A stretch of DNA of 40,097 nt from Minisyncoccota bacterium (GCA_018062285.1 JAGOSO010000006.1:1-40097); one strand, 5' to 3'. Positions 7,852 to 17,372 are shown, numbered from the stretch's first letter. Translations and numbers: made by a program. The notes: generated from the letters alone by a model not told the origin.

Positions 7852-10800
7852 CTAAGCGAGGGTTGCGACGTGGCGAGCATCGTCACAGAGGAGTTTTGCG
7901 AGGCCGTCTTTGTCGTTAACTTTCCCAGCAACAACGATGATTGCATTTTCTTTAAATATCTCGGGATACTTTTCAAGAATGGTAGGGAAGACAACGACTT
8001 CAATCTTTGAAGTTAGGTCTTCGATCCACGCAAAGAGCATTGGTTTACCGGTCTTTGTGATTATCTTTTGAACTTTAGTTACAATTCCACCGATCTTTAT
8101 TGGGCCAGACATCTTAGGACGAACTTCTTTGATGGTGATGGTTTTTTCCAACTTCATGTTCTTGGCGTATTCATGGAGTGGGTGGGCAGAAACAAACAGA
8201 CCAAGCAATTCTTTTTCCCACATTAGTTTTTCGGAATTTTTTGCGGCCGTTGCAGAGATTAATTTTAATGAAGGCAAAACACTCATGTCGTTGCCAAACA
8301 AACTGGCCTGGCTCATGCCCTGACTCTTTTGGATATCGTGGGCATAAGTGAGAAGATTCTCGATGTTCATCAAAAGGAGGTTTCTCTCGCCAAATGAATC
8401 AAGGGCCCCACATTTAATTAAGGCTTCCATTGATTTCTTGTTGAGGTCTTTGTTTTTGACACGAGTAACAAAGTTTTCGATATCGGTGAATGGACCATTA
8501 TCTTTGCGTTCGGCAATGATAGCATTGGCGATGTTTTCGCCTAAGTTTTTGATAGTTAGTAAACCGAAACGAATTTGGTCTTTTCCTGTCGGGCTATTTT
8601 TGCCTTTGATGACAGTAAAATCTTTGTAAGAACTATTTATTTCTGGTGGTAAAACAGGAATCTTCATCTTCTGACATTCTTCGATAACTTGAGCCACGCG
8701 TTCAGTGTCACCAGATTCAGCAGTGAGAATGGCGCACATATATTCAGCTGAGTAGTGAGCCTTCATGTAGGCTGTTTGGTAAGCGACGCGGCCATAGCAG
8801 GCAGCATGAGCTTTGTTGAAACCGTAACCTTGGAATGGTTCGAATAAATTCCAAATCTCTTCAGCTTGTTGAGCGGTCATGCCTGAGTGGCTCTGGCAAC
8901 CTTCTACGAAAATAACATGTTGCTTGGCCATTTCTGCTGGAATTTTTTTACCAACAGCTTTGCGGAATTTATCGACTGATTCCCAGTTGTAGCCGGCGAG
9001 TTCCATGGCCGTGAACAATAGGTCGTCTTGGTATACGAGAATGCCGTAGGACTTAGCTAAGAATTTTTCTGCTTTCGGATGGAAGTAAGTGATGCGACTG
9101 CGACCCTGTTTGCGGGCAATGTATTCAGGGATGTTGTTGATTGGTCCTGGGCGGTACAAGGCAACCATAGCGTTGATATCATAGATGGTAGTTGGTTTCA
9201 GCTCCATTAGGTATTTAGTCATGCCCGCTGAACCGCCGAGCTGGAAGACGCCTTCAGTTCCACCAGAAGCTAACATTGCAAATGTTTTCTTGTCATCAAA
9301 AGGAATTTTTTCAATATCAATATCGATGTTTTGGTGGATTTTAACCAAGCGCACAGCATTTTCGAGAATGGCCAAGTTTCTGATTCCAAGAACGTCGAGT
9401 TTTAGCAAGCCAACGCCGTCTTCGCCCACAGTGTACATGTCGTACTGGGTGATTAAGTGTGTGCCTTCTTTTGGATCAAACTGAATCGGTACGTACTCTA
9501 CTAATGGTTTTGGAGAAATAACGACACCTGCAGCGTGAACAGAAACATGGCGAACGGTGCCTTCTAATTTTTTAGCGATATCGATAATGTGGTGAGCCTC
9601 AGAATCTTGTTCGTAAGCCTTCTTTAATTCCGGCTCAAGTTCCATGGCTCGATCAATCGTCATCGGGAAACCCTGTGAGCCCATTGGGATTAACTTAGCC
9701 AAGCGATCACCAGTTTCATATGATTTCCCAAGAGCTCGAGCTACGTCACGAACAGAGCCACGGGCCAACATTGTTCCAAAAGTACCGATTTGAGCAACTT
9801 TATCTTCTCCATATTTCTTTTTGGCATACTCAACAATTTCTTGGCGGCGGTTGTCGGCAAAGTCCATGTCGATATCGGGAGCAGATGGACGGAAAGGATT
9901 TAAGAATCTTTCAAACGGGAGAAGAAATTCAATCGGGTCAACACTGGTAATGCGTGATAGATAAGCAACAAAAGAACCAGCGGCCGAACCTCTAACGGTT
10001 GTGTAGATTTGATTTTGATGGGCGAAGTTGAGCAAGTCAGCAACTACCAAAAAGTAGGGTGAGTAACCCTTGTTTTTAATAATCTCCAATTCATATTTGC
10101 GGCGTTCTTCGGCCTCGGCATTGTTTTCCATTCCGCGTTCAATCATGCCTTTTTTGGTTAGGTCATCGAGCATTTCATCTGCTGTCTTGCCTGGTTCGAG
10201 AGGGAAGTCTGGGAAAATAAATTTGCCGAGAGTCAAATCAACATTGCAACGATCGGCAACAAGTTGAGTGTTGGTGACAGCTTCTGGAATATCTTTAAAT
10301 TTTTCAACCGCTTCTTCTGTTGAGAGGAAGTGATATTCTCCTTGGCCAGAAAACAAAGCAGGGTCACTAACGTCGGTGTGGGTAGAGATAGCAACCAGTG
10401 TCTTGTGGGCTTCGGCATCTTCCTTTCTTAAATAATGGGAGTCTTGGGTTGCGACAAGGGGGATATTAAATTTCTTAGAAAATCCGACAATGGTATCTTT
10501 CCAGTCCTCATAAAATTCCACGTCTGGGTGGTTCATGATTTCCAGATAGTAATTGTCCTTTCCAAAAATTGATTGGTACTCAAGAACAATCTCTTCAGCC
10601 TTTTCTTTGTCACCGTGTTGGATGGCTCTGCCTAGTTCACTCCCTGGGCACCCAGAAAGACAGATAACCCCTTCAGCATGTTTGCGAAGTAGTTCTTTGT
10701 CGACACGTGGTTTGTAGTAATAACCCTCAGTGTGGGCGATCGTGGTGAGTTTGATGAGGTTCTGGTAACCGGTATTGTTCTCAGCAAGCAAAGTTAGGTG

Positions 10801-11112
10801 ATAGCGCTTGTTGTCGATCTGGGCTTCTTTTTGAAGATGGCTTCGATTGGCGACATAAGCCTCAACTCCAATAATTGGTTTGATCCCATTTTTTTTGCAC
10901 TTCGTATAAAAATCAATTGCGCCGTACATGACGCCGTGATCAGTTAATCCGATAGCAGTTTGGCCATGTTCTTTGGCCAACTTTACCATGGCATCTACTT
11001 GCGACATTCCGTCGAGAAGAGAGTAGTGGGAATGTGTGTGGAGGTGGGCGAATTGGGGTCCCGTTCTTTCTTGCTGATTCAAACTATCGGTTGGATTGGT
11101 GATGGGATCCAT
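7852..11112 (-). CDS. dnaE: DNA polymerase III alpha subunit
   Basis: PHP domain (HLHTHSHYSLLDG, TDHG), RGSAAGS, PDIDMDF, GFNKAHA, OB fold. Start 11112 preferred; 11133 possible. No intein. Confidence 0.96.
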   Translation of the reverse strand: MDPITNPTDSLNQQERTGPQFAHLHTHSHYSLLDGMSQVDAMVKLAKEHGQTAIGLTDHGVMYGAIDFYTKCKKNGIKPIIGVEAYVANRSHLQKEAQIDNKRYHLTLLAENNTGYQNLIKLTTIAHTEGYYYKPRVDKELLRKHAEGVICLSGCPGSELGRAIQHGDKEKAEEIVLEYQSIFGKDNYYLEIMNHPDVEFYEDWKDTIVGFSKKFNIPLVATQDSHYLRKEDAEAHKTLVAISTHTDVSDPALFSGQGEYHFLSTEEAVEKFKDIPEAVTNTQLVADRCNVDLTLGKFIFPDFPLEPGKTADEMLDDLTKKGMIERGMENNAEAEERRKYELEIIKNKGYSPYFLVVADLLNFAHQNQIYTTVRGSAAGSFVAYLSRITSVDPIEFLLPFERFLNPFRPSAPDIDMDFADNRRQEIVEYAKKKYGEDKVAQIGTFGTMLARGSVRDVARALGKSYETGDRLAKLIPMGSQGFPMTIDRAMELEPELKKAYEQDSEAHHIIDIAKKLEGTVRHVSVHAAGVVISPKPLVEYVPIQFDPKEGTHLITQYDMYTVGEDGVGLLKLDVLGIRNLAILENAVRLVKIHQNIDIDIEKIPFDDKKTFAMLASGGTEGVFQLGGSAGMTKYLMELKPTTIYDINAMVALYRPGPINNIPEYIARKQGRSRITYFHPKAEKFLAKSYGILVYQDDLLFTAMELAGYNWESVDKFRKAVGKKIPAEMAKQHVIFVEGCQSHSGMTAQQAEEIWNLFEPFQGYGFNKAHAACYGRVAYQTAYMKAHYSAEYMCAILTAESGDTERVAQVIEECQKMKIPVLPPEINSSYKDFTVIKGKNSPTGKDQIRFGLLTIKNLGENIANAIIAERKDNGPFTDIENFVTRVKNKDLNKKSMEALIKCGALDSFGERNLLLMNIENLLTYAHDIQKSQGMSQASLFGNDMSVLPSLKLISATAAKNSEKLMWEKELLGLFVSAHPLHEYAKNMKLEKTITIKEVRPKMSGPIKIGGIVTKVQKIITKTGKPMLFAWIEDLTSKIEVVVFPTILEKYPEIFKENAIIVVAGKVNDKDGLAKLLCDDARHVATLA

Positions 11113-11220
11113 AGAGGGTCGAACATGATTCATGAAATCAATTCATGCATATTCGAAATTAGTACTTACGTATTGTACCAGTCGCTCAAGGAGACGCAAT
11201 TGTGGATAGCTTAGTCCGTA

Positions 11221-11249
11221 TTGCAAAAAAAGGGTATTTATGGTATTCT
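11221..11249 (+). promoter_or_regulatory. Promoter for rpmF-nusB
   Basis: TTGCAA (11221-11226), 17 nt, TATTCT (11244-11249) with TG extension. Confidence 0.7.
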
Positions 11250-11326
11250 CTAAAAACGATTAATCATAAACTGTTAGGCATGAGCAGGCCTCATTACTGA
11301 CAGTTCATCACTAATCTCAAATCTAC

Positions 11327-11551
11327 ATGGCAGTACCAAGACACCATATGGCGAAAGGAAAGCAGCTGCGACGTCGCAGTCATTTGGCTTTGAAGGCCAA
11401 TGCTTTGGTTAAATGCACACATTGCGGTAAAATGATTATGCCTCATCAGGTATGTAAGTTCTGCGGTTTCTACAAAGGCCGAGAAGTTCTCAATACTCTC
11501 GCTAAGGAATTGAAGAAGCGTGAAAAACGCACAGCTCAGCAAGCTCGCTAA
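11327..11551 (+). CDS. rpmF: 50S ribosomal protein L32 (Zn-binding C+ form)
   Basis: MAVPRHH..RRRSH, CxxC...CxxC, GFYKGR. Confidence 0.93.
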   Translation: MAVPRHHMAKGKQLRRRSHLALKANALVKCTHCGKMIMPHQVCKFCGFYKGREVLNTLAKELKKREKRTAQQAR

Positions 11552-11591
11552 CCCTGATTTTTAGGTAGTTAATTTTTTCTGATCTTCCGCT

Positions 11592-12110
11592 ATGGCATCA
11601 CGTCATTTATCTCGTTCCGTTGCTATGCAGTCCCTCTATGAGTGGGATTTTAAAGGTAGTAAGAGCGAAGACCTCGCCGATATTGTTGCGCGCAACATTA
11701 AGGAGTTTGCTTCTGGTGTTGATGACCCAACTTTTATTATTCAGATTGTTCAGGGTGTCATTAAGAACCTCGATAAGATCAATGCCATCATTGAGAAGGC
11801 AGCTCCTCAGTGGCCATTAGATCAAATCGCTATTGTCGATCGCAATGTTTTGCGTATCGGTTTGTTTGAATTATTATTTGGTAGTCGCGATGAGGTCCCA
11901 CCAAAAGTGGCCATCAACGAAGCTATTGAATTAGCCAAATCTTTTGGCGGTGATTCTTCCGGTAAATTTGTAAATGGTGTTCTTGGTACTGTTTATCGTG
12001 AAATCGGCGAACCTGGCAAGAATGATGTTTCTAAACCAAAAGATCAAGAAGATAATGATCCGATTGAAGGTGTTCCCGAGGAAGAAGCCGTAGAAGCGAC
12101 AGAAAAATAG
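11592..12110 (+). CDS. nusB: Transcription antitermination factor NusB
   Basis: [37 protein letters not shown]. Confidence 0.95.
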   Translation: MASRHLSRSVAMQSLYEWDFKGSKSEDLADIVARNIKEFASGVDDPTFIIQIVQGVIKNLDKINAIIEKAAPQWPLDQIAIVDRNVLRIGLFELLFGSRDEVPPKVAINEAIELAKSFGGDSSGKFVNGVLGTVYREIGEPGKNDVSKPKDQEDNDPIEGVPEEEAVEATEK

Positions 12111-12180
12111 TTTATTAAAAAGGTTATAAGTATATTCAATTGATAAATCGATTGCATATATTTATCACCTTTCTTCTTGA

Positions 12181-12867
12181 ATGGTAGATGTCTCCCCGTT
12201 AGAACAAAAAATTAAAGTAAACTTTAAGGACAAAAACCTGCTCTTGCAGGCTTTGACTCATCGTTCTTATATTAACGAAAATCCAAAGTGGCACTTGGAT
12301 CACAACGAAAGATTGGAATTTTTGGGTGACGCAGTCCTTGAATTGGTTGTTACTGAACATCTCTATGGTAAATACCAAAACCCAGAAGGGGAATTAACCA
12401 ACTGGCGCGCTGCTTTGGTGAATGCCGTTATGCTCGCTGATATTTCTAAGGTCTTCGATTTAAATGAATACATGTTGCTTTCTCGGGGCGAAGCCAAGGA
12501 CACTGGCCGTGCCCGACAGTATATTTTGGCTAATGCTATGGAGGCCGTAATTGGCGCCATCTATCTTGATCAGGGCTACGAAAAGTCAGCCGAGTTTATT
12601 CACGCTTTTGTGCTCAGTGAATTACCAAGAATTATCGAACACAATTTATACCGTGACGCCAAAAGCTTGTTCCAAGAAAAAGCCCAAGAACAAGTTGGTA
12701 TTACCCCTAATTATGAAGTCGTTCAAGAGTGGGGACCTGACCATGCCCGTCAGTTTAAAGTTGGTGTTTATCTGGGTAAAGATATGATTTCTACTGGCGA
12801 GGGTCCATCTAAGCAAGAAGCCCAACAAAAAGCCGCCGAAGCCGCTTTAAAAGCCAAAGGCTGGTAG
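12181..12867 (+). CDS. rnc: Ribonuclease III
   Basis: NERLEFLGDAVL signature plus dsRBD (GPDH..F, GPSKQEAQQKAA). Confidence 0.97.
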   Translation: MVDVSPLEQKIKVNFKDKNLLLQALTHRSYINENPKWHLDHNERLEFLGDAVLELVVTEHLYGKYQNPEGELTNWRAALVNAVMLADISKVFDLNEYMLLSRGEAKDTGRARQYILANAMEAVIGAIYLDQGYEKSAEFIHAFVLSELPRIIEHNLYRDAKSLFQEKAQEQVGITPNYEVVQEWGPDHARQFKVGVYLGKDMISTGEGPSKQEAQQKAAEAALKAKGW

Positions 12868-12871
12868 AGTC

Positions 12872-12900
12872 TTGATTAATTAAGGATACTCTGATAAAAT
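12872..12900 (+). promoter_or_regulatory. Promoter for near-leaderless rpsP
   Basis: TTGATT (12872-12877), 17 nt, TAAAAT (12895-12900) with TG extension, then 8 nt to ATG. Confidence 0.65.
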
Positions 12901-12908
12901 ATACAAAC

Positions 12909-13304
12909 ATGTTGATTATGCGCTTACAACGTATCGGGAAGAAGGGCCAGGCCTATTTCCGTATCATAGTTACCGAACACACCAAGAAGCCACAGGGCGA
13001 ATACTTGGAGCTTTTGGGTTCGTATGATCCACACAAGAAAGACCTCAAAATCAAGAAAGAACGCCTCGAACACTGGATGTCTAAGGGTGTCCAAATGTCC
13101 CCAACCGTTAATAATTTGCTTGTAAATAATAAGATCATCACTTTTGCCAAGAAGCTCAGCTGGAAACCAAAGGTTGGTTCCAAGCCAGCTCCTGCTCCTG
13201 TTGCTCCAAAGCCTAAAGCTGAAGCAGCCCCAACTCCTGAGGCCGCCCCAGAACCAGTTGCCGAAGCCGCTCCCGAAGCTCCAGCCGAAACACCAGCAGA
13301 ATAA
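12909..13304 (+). CDS. rpsP: 30S ribosomal protein S16 with Pro/Ala/Glu-rich tail
   Basis: IMRLQRIGKK, YFRIIV, LGSYDP, WMSKGVQMS. Confidence 0.93.
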   Translation: MLIMRLQRIGKKGQAYFRIIVTEHTKKPQGEYLELLGSYDPHKKDLKIKKERLEHWMSKGVQMSPTVNNLLVNNKIITFAKKLSWKPKVGSKPAPAPVAPKPKAEAAPTPEAAPEPVAEAAPEAPAETPAE

Positions 13305-13335
13305 AAGCCCTCGAAACTCTCGAGGGTCTTTTATT
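13300..13335. terminator. Terminator after rpsP
   Basis: aataaaag-ccctcga-aactc-tcgaggg-tcttttatt. Confidence 0.8.
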
Positions 13336-13363
13336 CTGCTTTTAGTTTTCGTATAGTATCCTC

Positions 13364-13999
13364 ATGCGCATAATCAAGATTGATCTAACCCGCGACTATT
13401 CTGAAGCGCTCAAAGAGGCGATAGATATCCTCAAACTGGGTGGCACAATTGTTTATCCAACCGATACTGTTTACGGTTTGGGTTGCAACGCACTAGACGA
13501 CATCGCTGTACGTCATATTTTTGATATTAAAAATAGAAGCTCAAAGCCGTTACCAATCATTGCTCGCAACATGGCTTGGGTAGAGGAGTTGGTGCACATG
13601 AATGACCACCACAGGGAATTGGCCAAAAAATTTTGGCCTGGTAAATTCACATTGGTTCTCCCCAAGAAAGACAATATCCCACCTATCGTCACCACGGGTT
13701 TGCCAACGGTTGGAATCAGGATTGCTAATTGTGATTTTACGGATAAGTTATTGGGCGCATTTGGTTACCCATTGATTTCAACTGCAGCTAATATTTCCGG
13801 GGAACCATCTACTGGGAATATTGATAGTATTATCGCCACCCTTGGTGCACAGCCTCGTCGCCCTGATTTAATTATTGATGCTGGGGTTCTTGCGCCATCA
13901 AATACTTCTGTGGTAATTGATTGTTCGACCGATAAACCAAAGGTGCTTCGCGTTGGCCCATCTAAGCCAGACGAGCTTTTGAAATTATTAGATTTTTAG
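13364..13999 (+). CDS. tsaC: L-threonylcarbamoyladenylate synthase (YrdC/TsaC-type)
   Basis: YPTDTVYGL, KNR..KPL, FWPG..T, STAANISG. Confidence 0.9.
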   Translation: MRIIKIDLTRDYSEALKEAIDILKLGGTIVYPTDTVYGLGCNALDDIAVRHIFDIKNRSSKPLPIIARNMAWVEELVHMNDHHRELAKKFWPGKFTLVLPKKDNIPPIVTTGLPTVGIRIANCDFTDKLLGAFGYPLISTAANISGEPSTGNIDSIIATLGAQPRRPDLIIDAGVLAPSNTSVVIDCSTDKPKVLRVGPSKPDELLKLLDF

Positions 14000-14013
14000 T
14001 CCATAATTGAGCA

Positions 14014-14538
14014 ATGAATCAATCATTATTTTTGACTATAAATGGCTGGGCTGGTCACCGTGTTTGGCTAGATGCTTTGATGTATTTTTGTGCCGAGTAT
14101 TTAATGTATGTCATGATTTTGGCAGTGGTTGTTTATGTGATTATTGATTATAAACGCTGGCGCGATATGGCCATTGTTTCTGTTGGCTCAGCCCTAGTGG
14201 CCCGCTTTGTTGTGGCTTCCGGTATTAGAATGTTTTATTACCATGCCCGTCCTTATTGGGTCCTCGCCCAGACCCACATGCTGATTACTCCAGAGAAGAC
14301 TAGTTCTTTCCCTTCCGGTCACACAATTTTTGTTTTCTCTTTGGCCATGGCCGTTTATCAGTATAATAAAAAGGTTGGCAACTGGTTTTTTCTAGCCGCA
14401 ATCTTGGTTGGATTTTCTCGTATCTTTGCCGGTGCTCACTGGCCCTACGACATTGTTGCCGGTGCGGTCCTTGGCGTTTTGACTGCTATTGTTTGTGTTT
14501 GGGGATTTAAAAAATATGTAATCAAAGCCGTGAGATAA
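14014..14538 (+). CDS. PAP2 membrane phosphatase, likely undecaprenyl-diphosphatase (BcrC-like)
   Basis: RP, SFPSGH and SRIFAGAHWPYD motifs. Confidence 0.85.
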   Translation: MNQSLFLTINGWAGHRVWLDALMYFCAEYLMYVMILAVVVYVIIDYKRWRDMAIVSVGSALVARFVVASGIRMFYYHARPYWVLAQTHMLITPEKTSSFPSGHTIFVFSLAMAVYQYNKKVGNWFFLAAILVGFSRIFAGAHWPYDIVAGAVLGVLTAIVCVWGFKKYVIKAVR

Positions 14539-15428
14539 TGGTTAATTCAGAAAAACCATCACTGCCAGGTAATTCTCCAGAAGATGAGAAAAAACCAACT
14601 CGACAGCAAAGAGACATTTCTGATTTTAAAGAATTTGTTAGGTTGAATCTGGATACAGTCAAATATTCATTTAAGGCAGAGGATGATATCTATTGGAAAT
14701 TTTATTCGCATAGTGGGGATAGTCAGATAGACCCAAATTCGGATGAAGCGGTTTCTATTAAGAGTGATTACGCCAGGGATTTAAAAGTTGCGGCTGATAC
14801 TCTCGGTCCTTCTTCATCTGGTAAGGTAAATATTAAGGAAGATCATTATTGGTTCCATGTCATCACCAACAAAGGTTTTGATAGTCGCGAAATTGGCGGA
14901 AGGATTTACTTTAATGTGGACATAAGTGCCGCCCCAACTTTTATGGGCAACCTTGCTCTCGCTTTGGCCGCTAAAGGAGTTAATTGTCATATTAAGTTGC
15001 CTCAATCTTCTAAGGCCATAGAATGTGTCTCTAGGGCGGATAAAATCGTATTGTATTTTAACCAGAGCCAAGAGGCTGAGGTTTTGGCTGTTGTTGAAAA
15101 TGAACATAGTCTCTACTCGGATAAATTTACTGATGTTACACCAAGATTTACCAGTGTCCTCAAGGATTCAAACGGTGCATTAATGGAAGGTGTTGCTTTT
15201 GGGGAAGAGCGAAGTGGTTGGTCTTTCGGTGAACTTCGTAGCCGAGCTTTGGTCGGAGTTCTATTTAGCGCCAAAAGTAAAGGCTTAACAATTTTTGATT
15301 CTAGCTTCAATTTTGAGGAAGAATTGCGTGAATCTTTTGAGCATCTTGGTATTGACCCTCAGAATCCTAGCTTTAATAAAAGTGAGACGGATGAGTTTAA
15401 GCTTATAAAGCAAAGGATTGCTGATTAA
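14538..15428 (+). CDS. Hypothetical protein resembling the HopA1 effector / phosphothreonine-lyase-fold family
   Basis: Motif order GRIYFN, HIKL, RADKIVLYF, TPRFT, GVAFGEE, SFGELRSRAL, recognised by eye. Confidence 0.55.
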   Translation: MVNSEKPSLPGNSPEDEKKPTRQQRDISDFKEFVRLNLDTVKYSFKAEDDIYWKFYSHSGDSQIDPNSDEAVSIKSDYARDLKVAADTLGPSSSGKVNIKEDHYWFHVITNKGFDSREIGGRIYFNVDISAAPTFMGNLALALAAKGVNCHIKLPQSSKAIECVSRADKIVLYFNQSQEAEVLAVVENEHSLYSDKFTDVTPRFTSVLKDSNGALMEGVAFGEERSGWSFGELRSRALVGVLFSAKSKGLTIFDSSFNFEEELRESFEHLGIDPQNPSFNKSETDEFKLIKQRIAD

Positions 15429-15430
15429 AC

Positions 15431-15478
15431 CACCATAAACAAAAAGTCCTCTGGTCAGAGGACTTTTTGTTTATGGTG
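15431..15478. terminator. Convergent terminator between ORF 14538 and tRNA-Leu
   Basis: 22-nt perfect inverted repeat caccataaacaaaaagtcctct-ggtc-agaggactttttgtttatggtg. Confidence 0.85.
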
Positions 15479-15557
15479 CCCGAGGTGGGACTTGAACCCA
15501 CAAGCCTTGCGGCACACGATTTTGAGTCGTGCGTGTATGCCATTCCACCACTCGGGC
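15474..15557 (-). tRNA. tRNA-Leu(CAA)
   Basis: GCCCGAG acceptor stem, anticodon loop CT-CAA-AA, long variable arm, GGTTCAAGTCC, encoded CCA. Confidence 0.95.
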
Positions 15558-15642
15558 GATGCACTACTTTACCATTCCTGGGCAAAGTTTTCAACTATTT
15601 TCAGGGTTGTTTATTGGGTTAAAAATGATATGATTTTTAGAT

Positions 15643-16407
15643 ATGGCAAGAGTCATCGCAATCTGTAACCAAAAGGGTGGTGTTGGTAAAACAACTACTA
15701 CTACAAATTTGGCTGCTTATTTAGCAGCAATGGGGAAGTATGTTCTTTTGGTTGATCTAGATTCACAAGCCAATGCCACTGTTGGTCTCGGGGTTGCTGC
15801 CAGCGAAGAAGAAGGCCACATCTATCACGCTTTAATTAACGATCAAAACGCCGCAGGTCTTTTGAAAAAAACTGGAATATTTGGTTTTGATGTTTTGCCC
15901 GCTGGGCAAAGTTTGGCTGGTGCCACTGTCGAACTGGTTTCCATGGACGAGAGGGAATCAAGATTAAAAAAAGTTTTAAACAGTGTTCGCACTAACTATG
16001 ATTTTATTCTCGTTGATTGCCCGCCATCGTTGGGGCTATTGACCATCAATGGCTTGGCCGCAGCTGAGAAGGTGATAATTCCAGTGCAATGTGAATATTT
16101 TGCCTTGGAAGGATTGGGACAATTATTAAAAACAGTTGATTTAGTTCGGCAGGGTTTAAATCCGGATTTGCAGGTCTTGGGTGTATTGCTTACAATGTAT
16201 GATAAGAGGAACCAGTTGGCCAACCAAGTGGTCAATGAAGTTCATCGAAATTTCCCAGGCCGAGTCTTTGATGCTGTTATTCCAAGAATGGTTTCTTTGG
16301 CCGAAGCTCCAAGTTTTGGAAAAACAATTATGCAGTTTGATCCTAATTCTAAAGCAGCCCGAGCATACAGACAATTGGCAGAAGAAGTAATTAAATACAG
16401 TAACTAA
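15643..16407 (+). CDS. parA: Chromosome partitioning ATPase ParA/Soj
   Basis: NQKGGVGKTT, DLDSQAN, DCPPSLG, PVQCEYFALEG, LAEAPSFG. Confidence 0.95.
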   Translation: MARVIAICNQKGGVGKTTTTTNLAAYLAAMGKYVLLVDLDSQANATVGLGVAASEEEGHIYHALINDQNAAGLLKKTGIFGFDVLPAGQSLAGATVELVSMDERESRLKKVLNSVRTNYDFILVDCPPSLGLLTINGLAAAEKVIIPVQCEYFALEGLGQLLKTVDLVRQGLNPDLQVLGVLLTMYDKRNQLANQVVNEVHRNFPGRVFDAVIPRMVSLAEAPSFGKTIMQFDPNSKAARAYRQLAEEVIKYSN

Positions 16408-16429
16408 AGTTTTCAAGATCAATCACGTT

Positions 16430-17320
16430 ATGGCAATGAATAAAAAATTTTTCGGTCTAGGTAAAGGGTTGGGTTCTTTGATTCCAGAAGGAACCAAAGC
16501 AATGCAGCCAACCAATCAAAAAGAGAATGTCTTTTATGTTGAGATCGCCAAAATCGAAGCCAACCCAGACCAGCCCCGTAAGGACTTTGACCCAGAAGCA
16601 TTAAAAGAACTTGCCAGTTCAATTCGTAAGTACGGAGTTCTCCAGCCATTGCTGGTTTCTAAGATGGAAACCGAGTCAGCAAGAGGTTTAGACGTTTCAT
16701 ATAAATTAATCGCAGGGGAGCGACGTTTGCGGGCTTCTCGATTGGCTGGATTGCCCCATGTCCCTGTAATTATCCGTGACGACTTTAAGCAAGAAAAAGA
16801 ACGCCTTGAGGTGGCCTTGATTGAAAACGTTCAGCGCGAAGATTTGAATCCTTTAGAAGAGGCTGAATCGTACGCTAAGCTTTCCAAAGATTTCGGTTTA
16901 ACCCAAAAAGAGATTGCCGATAAGGTTGGTAAGTCCCGCGAAGTTGTCGCCAACACTATTCGTTTAATGAATTTACCAGAAGACATTAAGACTTCTTTGC
17001 GCGACGGCAAGATTGCTCGTGCCAGTGCTCGTGCCTTGTTGGCTTTCAGTGATCCAGCCAAACAGCGCCAAGTTTATGAAAGTATTTTGGCTGGTGGTGT
17101 TTCTTCTCGTGATGTTGAAACAGCCGCAGCAGTTAATAAGCCATCAAACAAAAAACCTCGTGCCACAGAAAGTAAATTTATTGAGCTTGAAAAGAACCTC
17201 GCCGAAATGCTAGACACCCATGTTCAGATTCACGGCGCAGTTGCTACTGGCGGTAAAATTATCATCAAGTTCGCTTCTTTGGAGGATCTCAATAAGATTG
17301 CAAAGAACATTATTGATTAG
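16430..17320 (+). CDS. parB: Chromosome partitioning protein ParB/Spo0J
   Basis: LGKGLGSL, NPDQPRK, AGERRLRA, ENVQREDLNP, HTH. Confidence 0.95.
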   Translation: MAMNKKFFGLGKGLGSLIPEGTKAMQPTNQKENVFYVEIAKIEANPDQPRKDFDPEALKELASSIRKYGVLQPLLVSKMETESARGLDVSYKLIAGERRLRASRLAGLPHVPVIIRDDFKQEKERLEVALIENVQREDLNPLEEAESYAKLSKDFGLTQKEIADKVGKSREVVANTIRLMNLPEDIKTSLRDGKIARASARALLAFSDPAKQRQVYESILAGGVSSRDVETAAAVNKPSNKKPRATESKFIELEKNLAEMLDTHVQIHGAVATGGKIIIKFASLEDLNKIAKNIID

Positions 17321-17342
17321 TTCTCCGTAAAATAACTTTGGT

Positions 17343-17372
17343 AAAAAAAGACGCCCTACTTTCGTAGGGCGT
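17343..17372 (-). terminator. Terminator overlapping the rmlC stop
   Basis: Minus strand acgccctac-gaaa-gtagggcgt followed by c and T7. Confidence 0.75.

Noticed and set aside
11201-11209. DnaA-box-like 9-mers (tgtggatag at 11201; tcatccaca at 31503 and 38412)
   Set aside because: Each has one mismatch and is isolated; several such hits are expected by chance in 40 kb. No clustered array indicating oriC.
15560-17360. parS sites near parAB
   Set aside because: No TGTTTCACGTGAAACA-like palindrome was found by eye.
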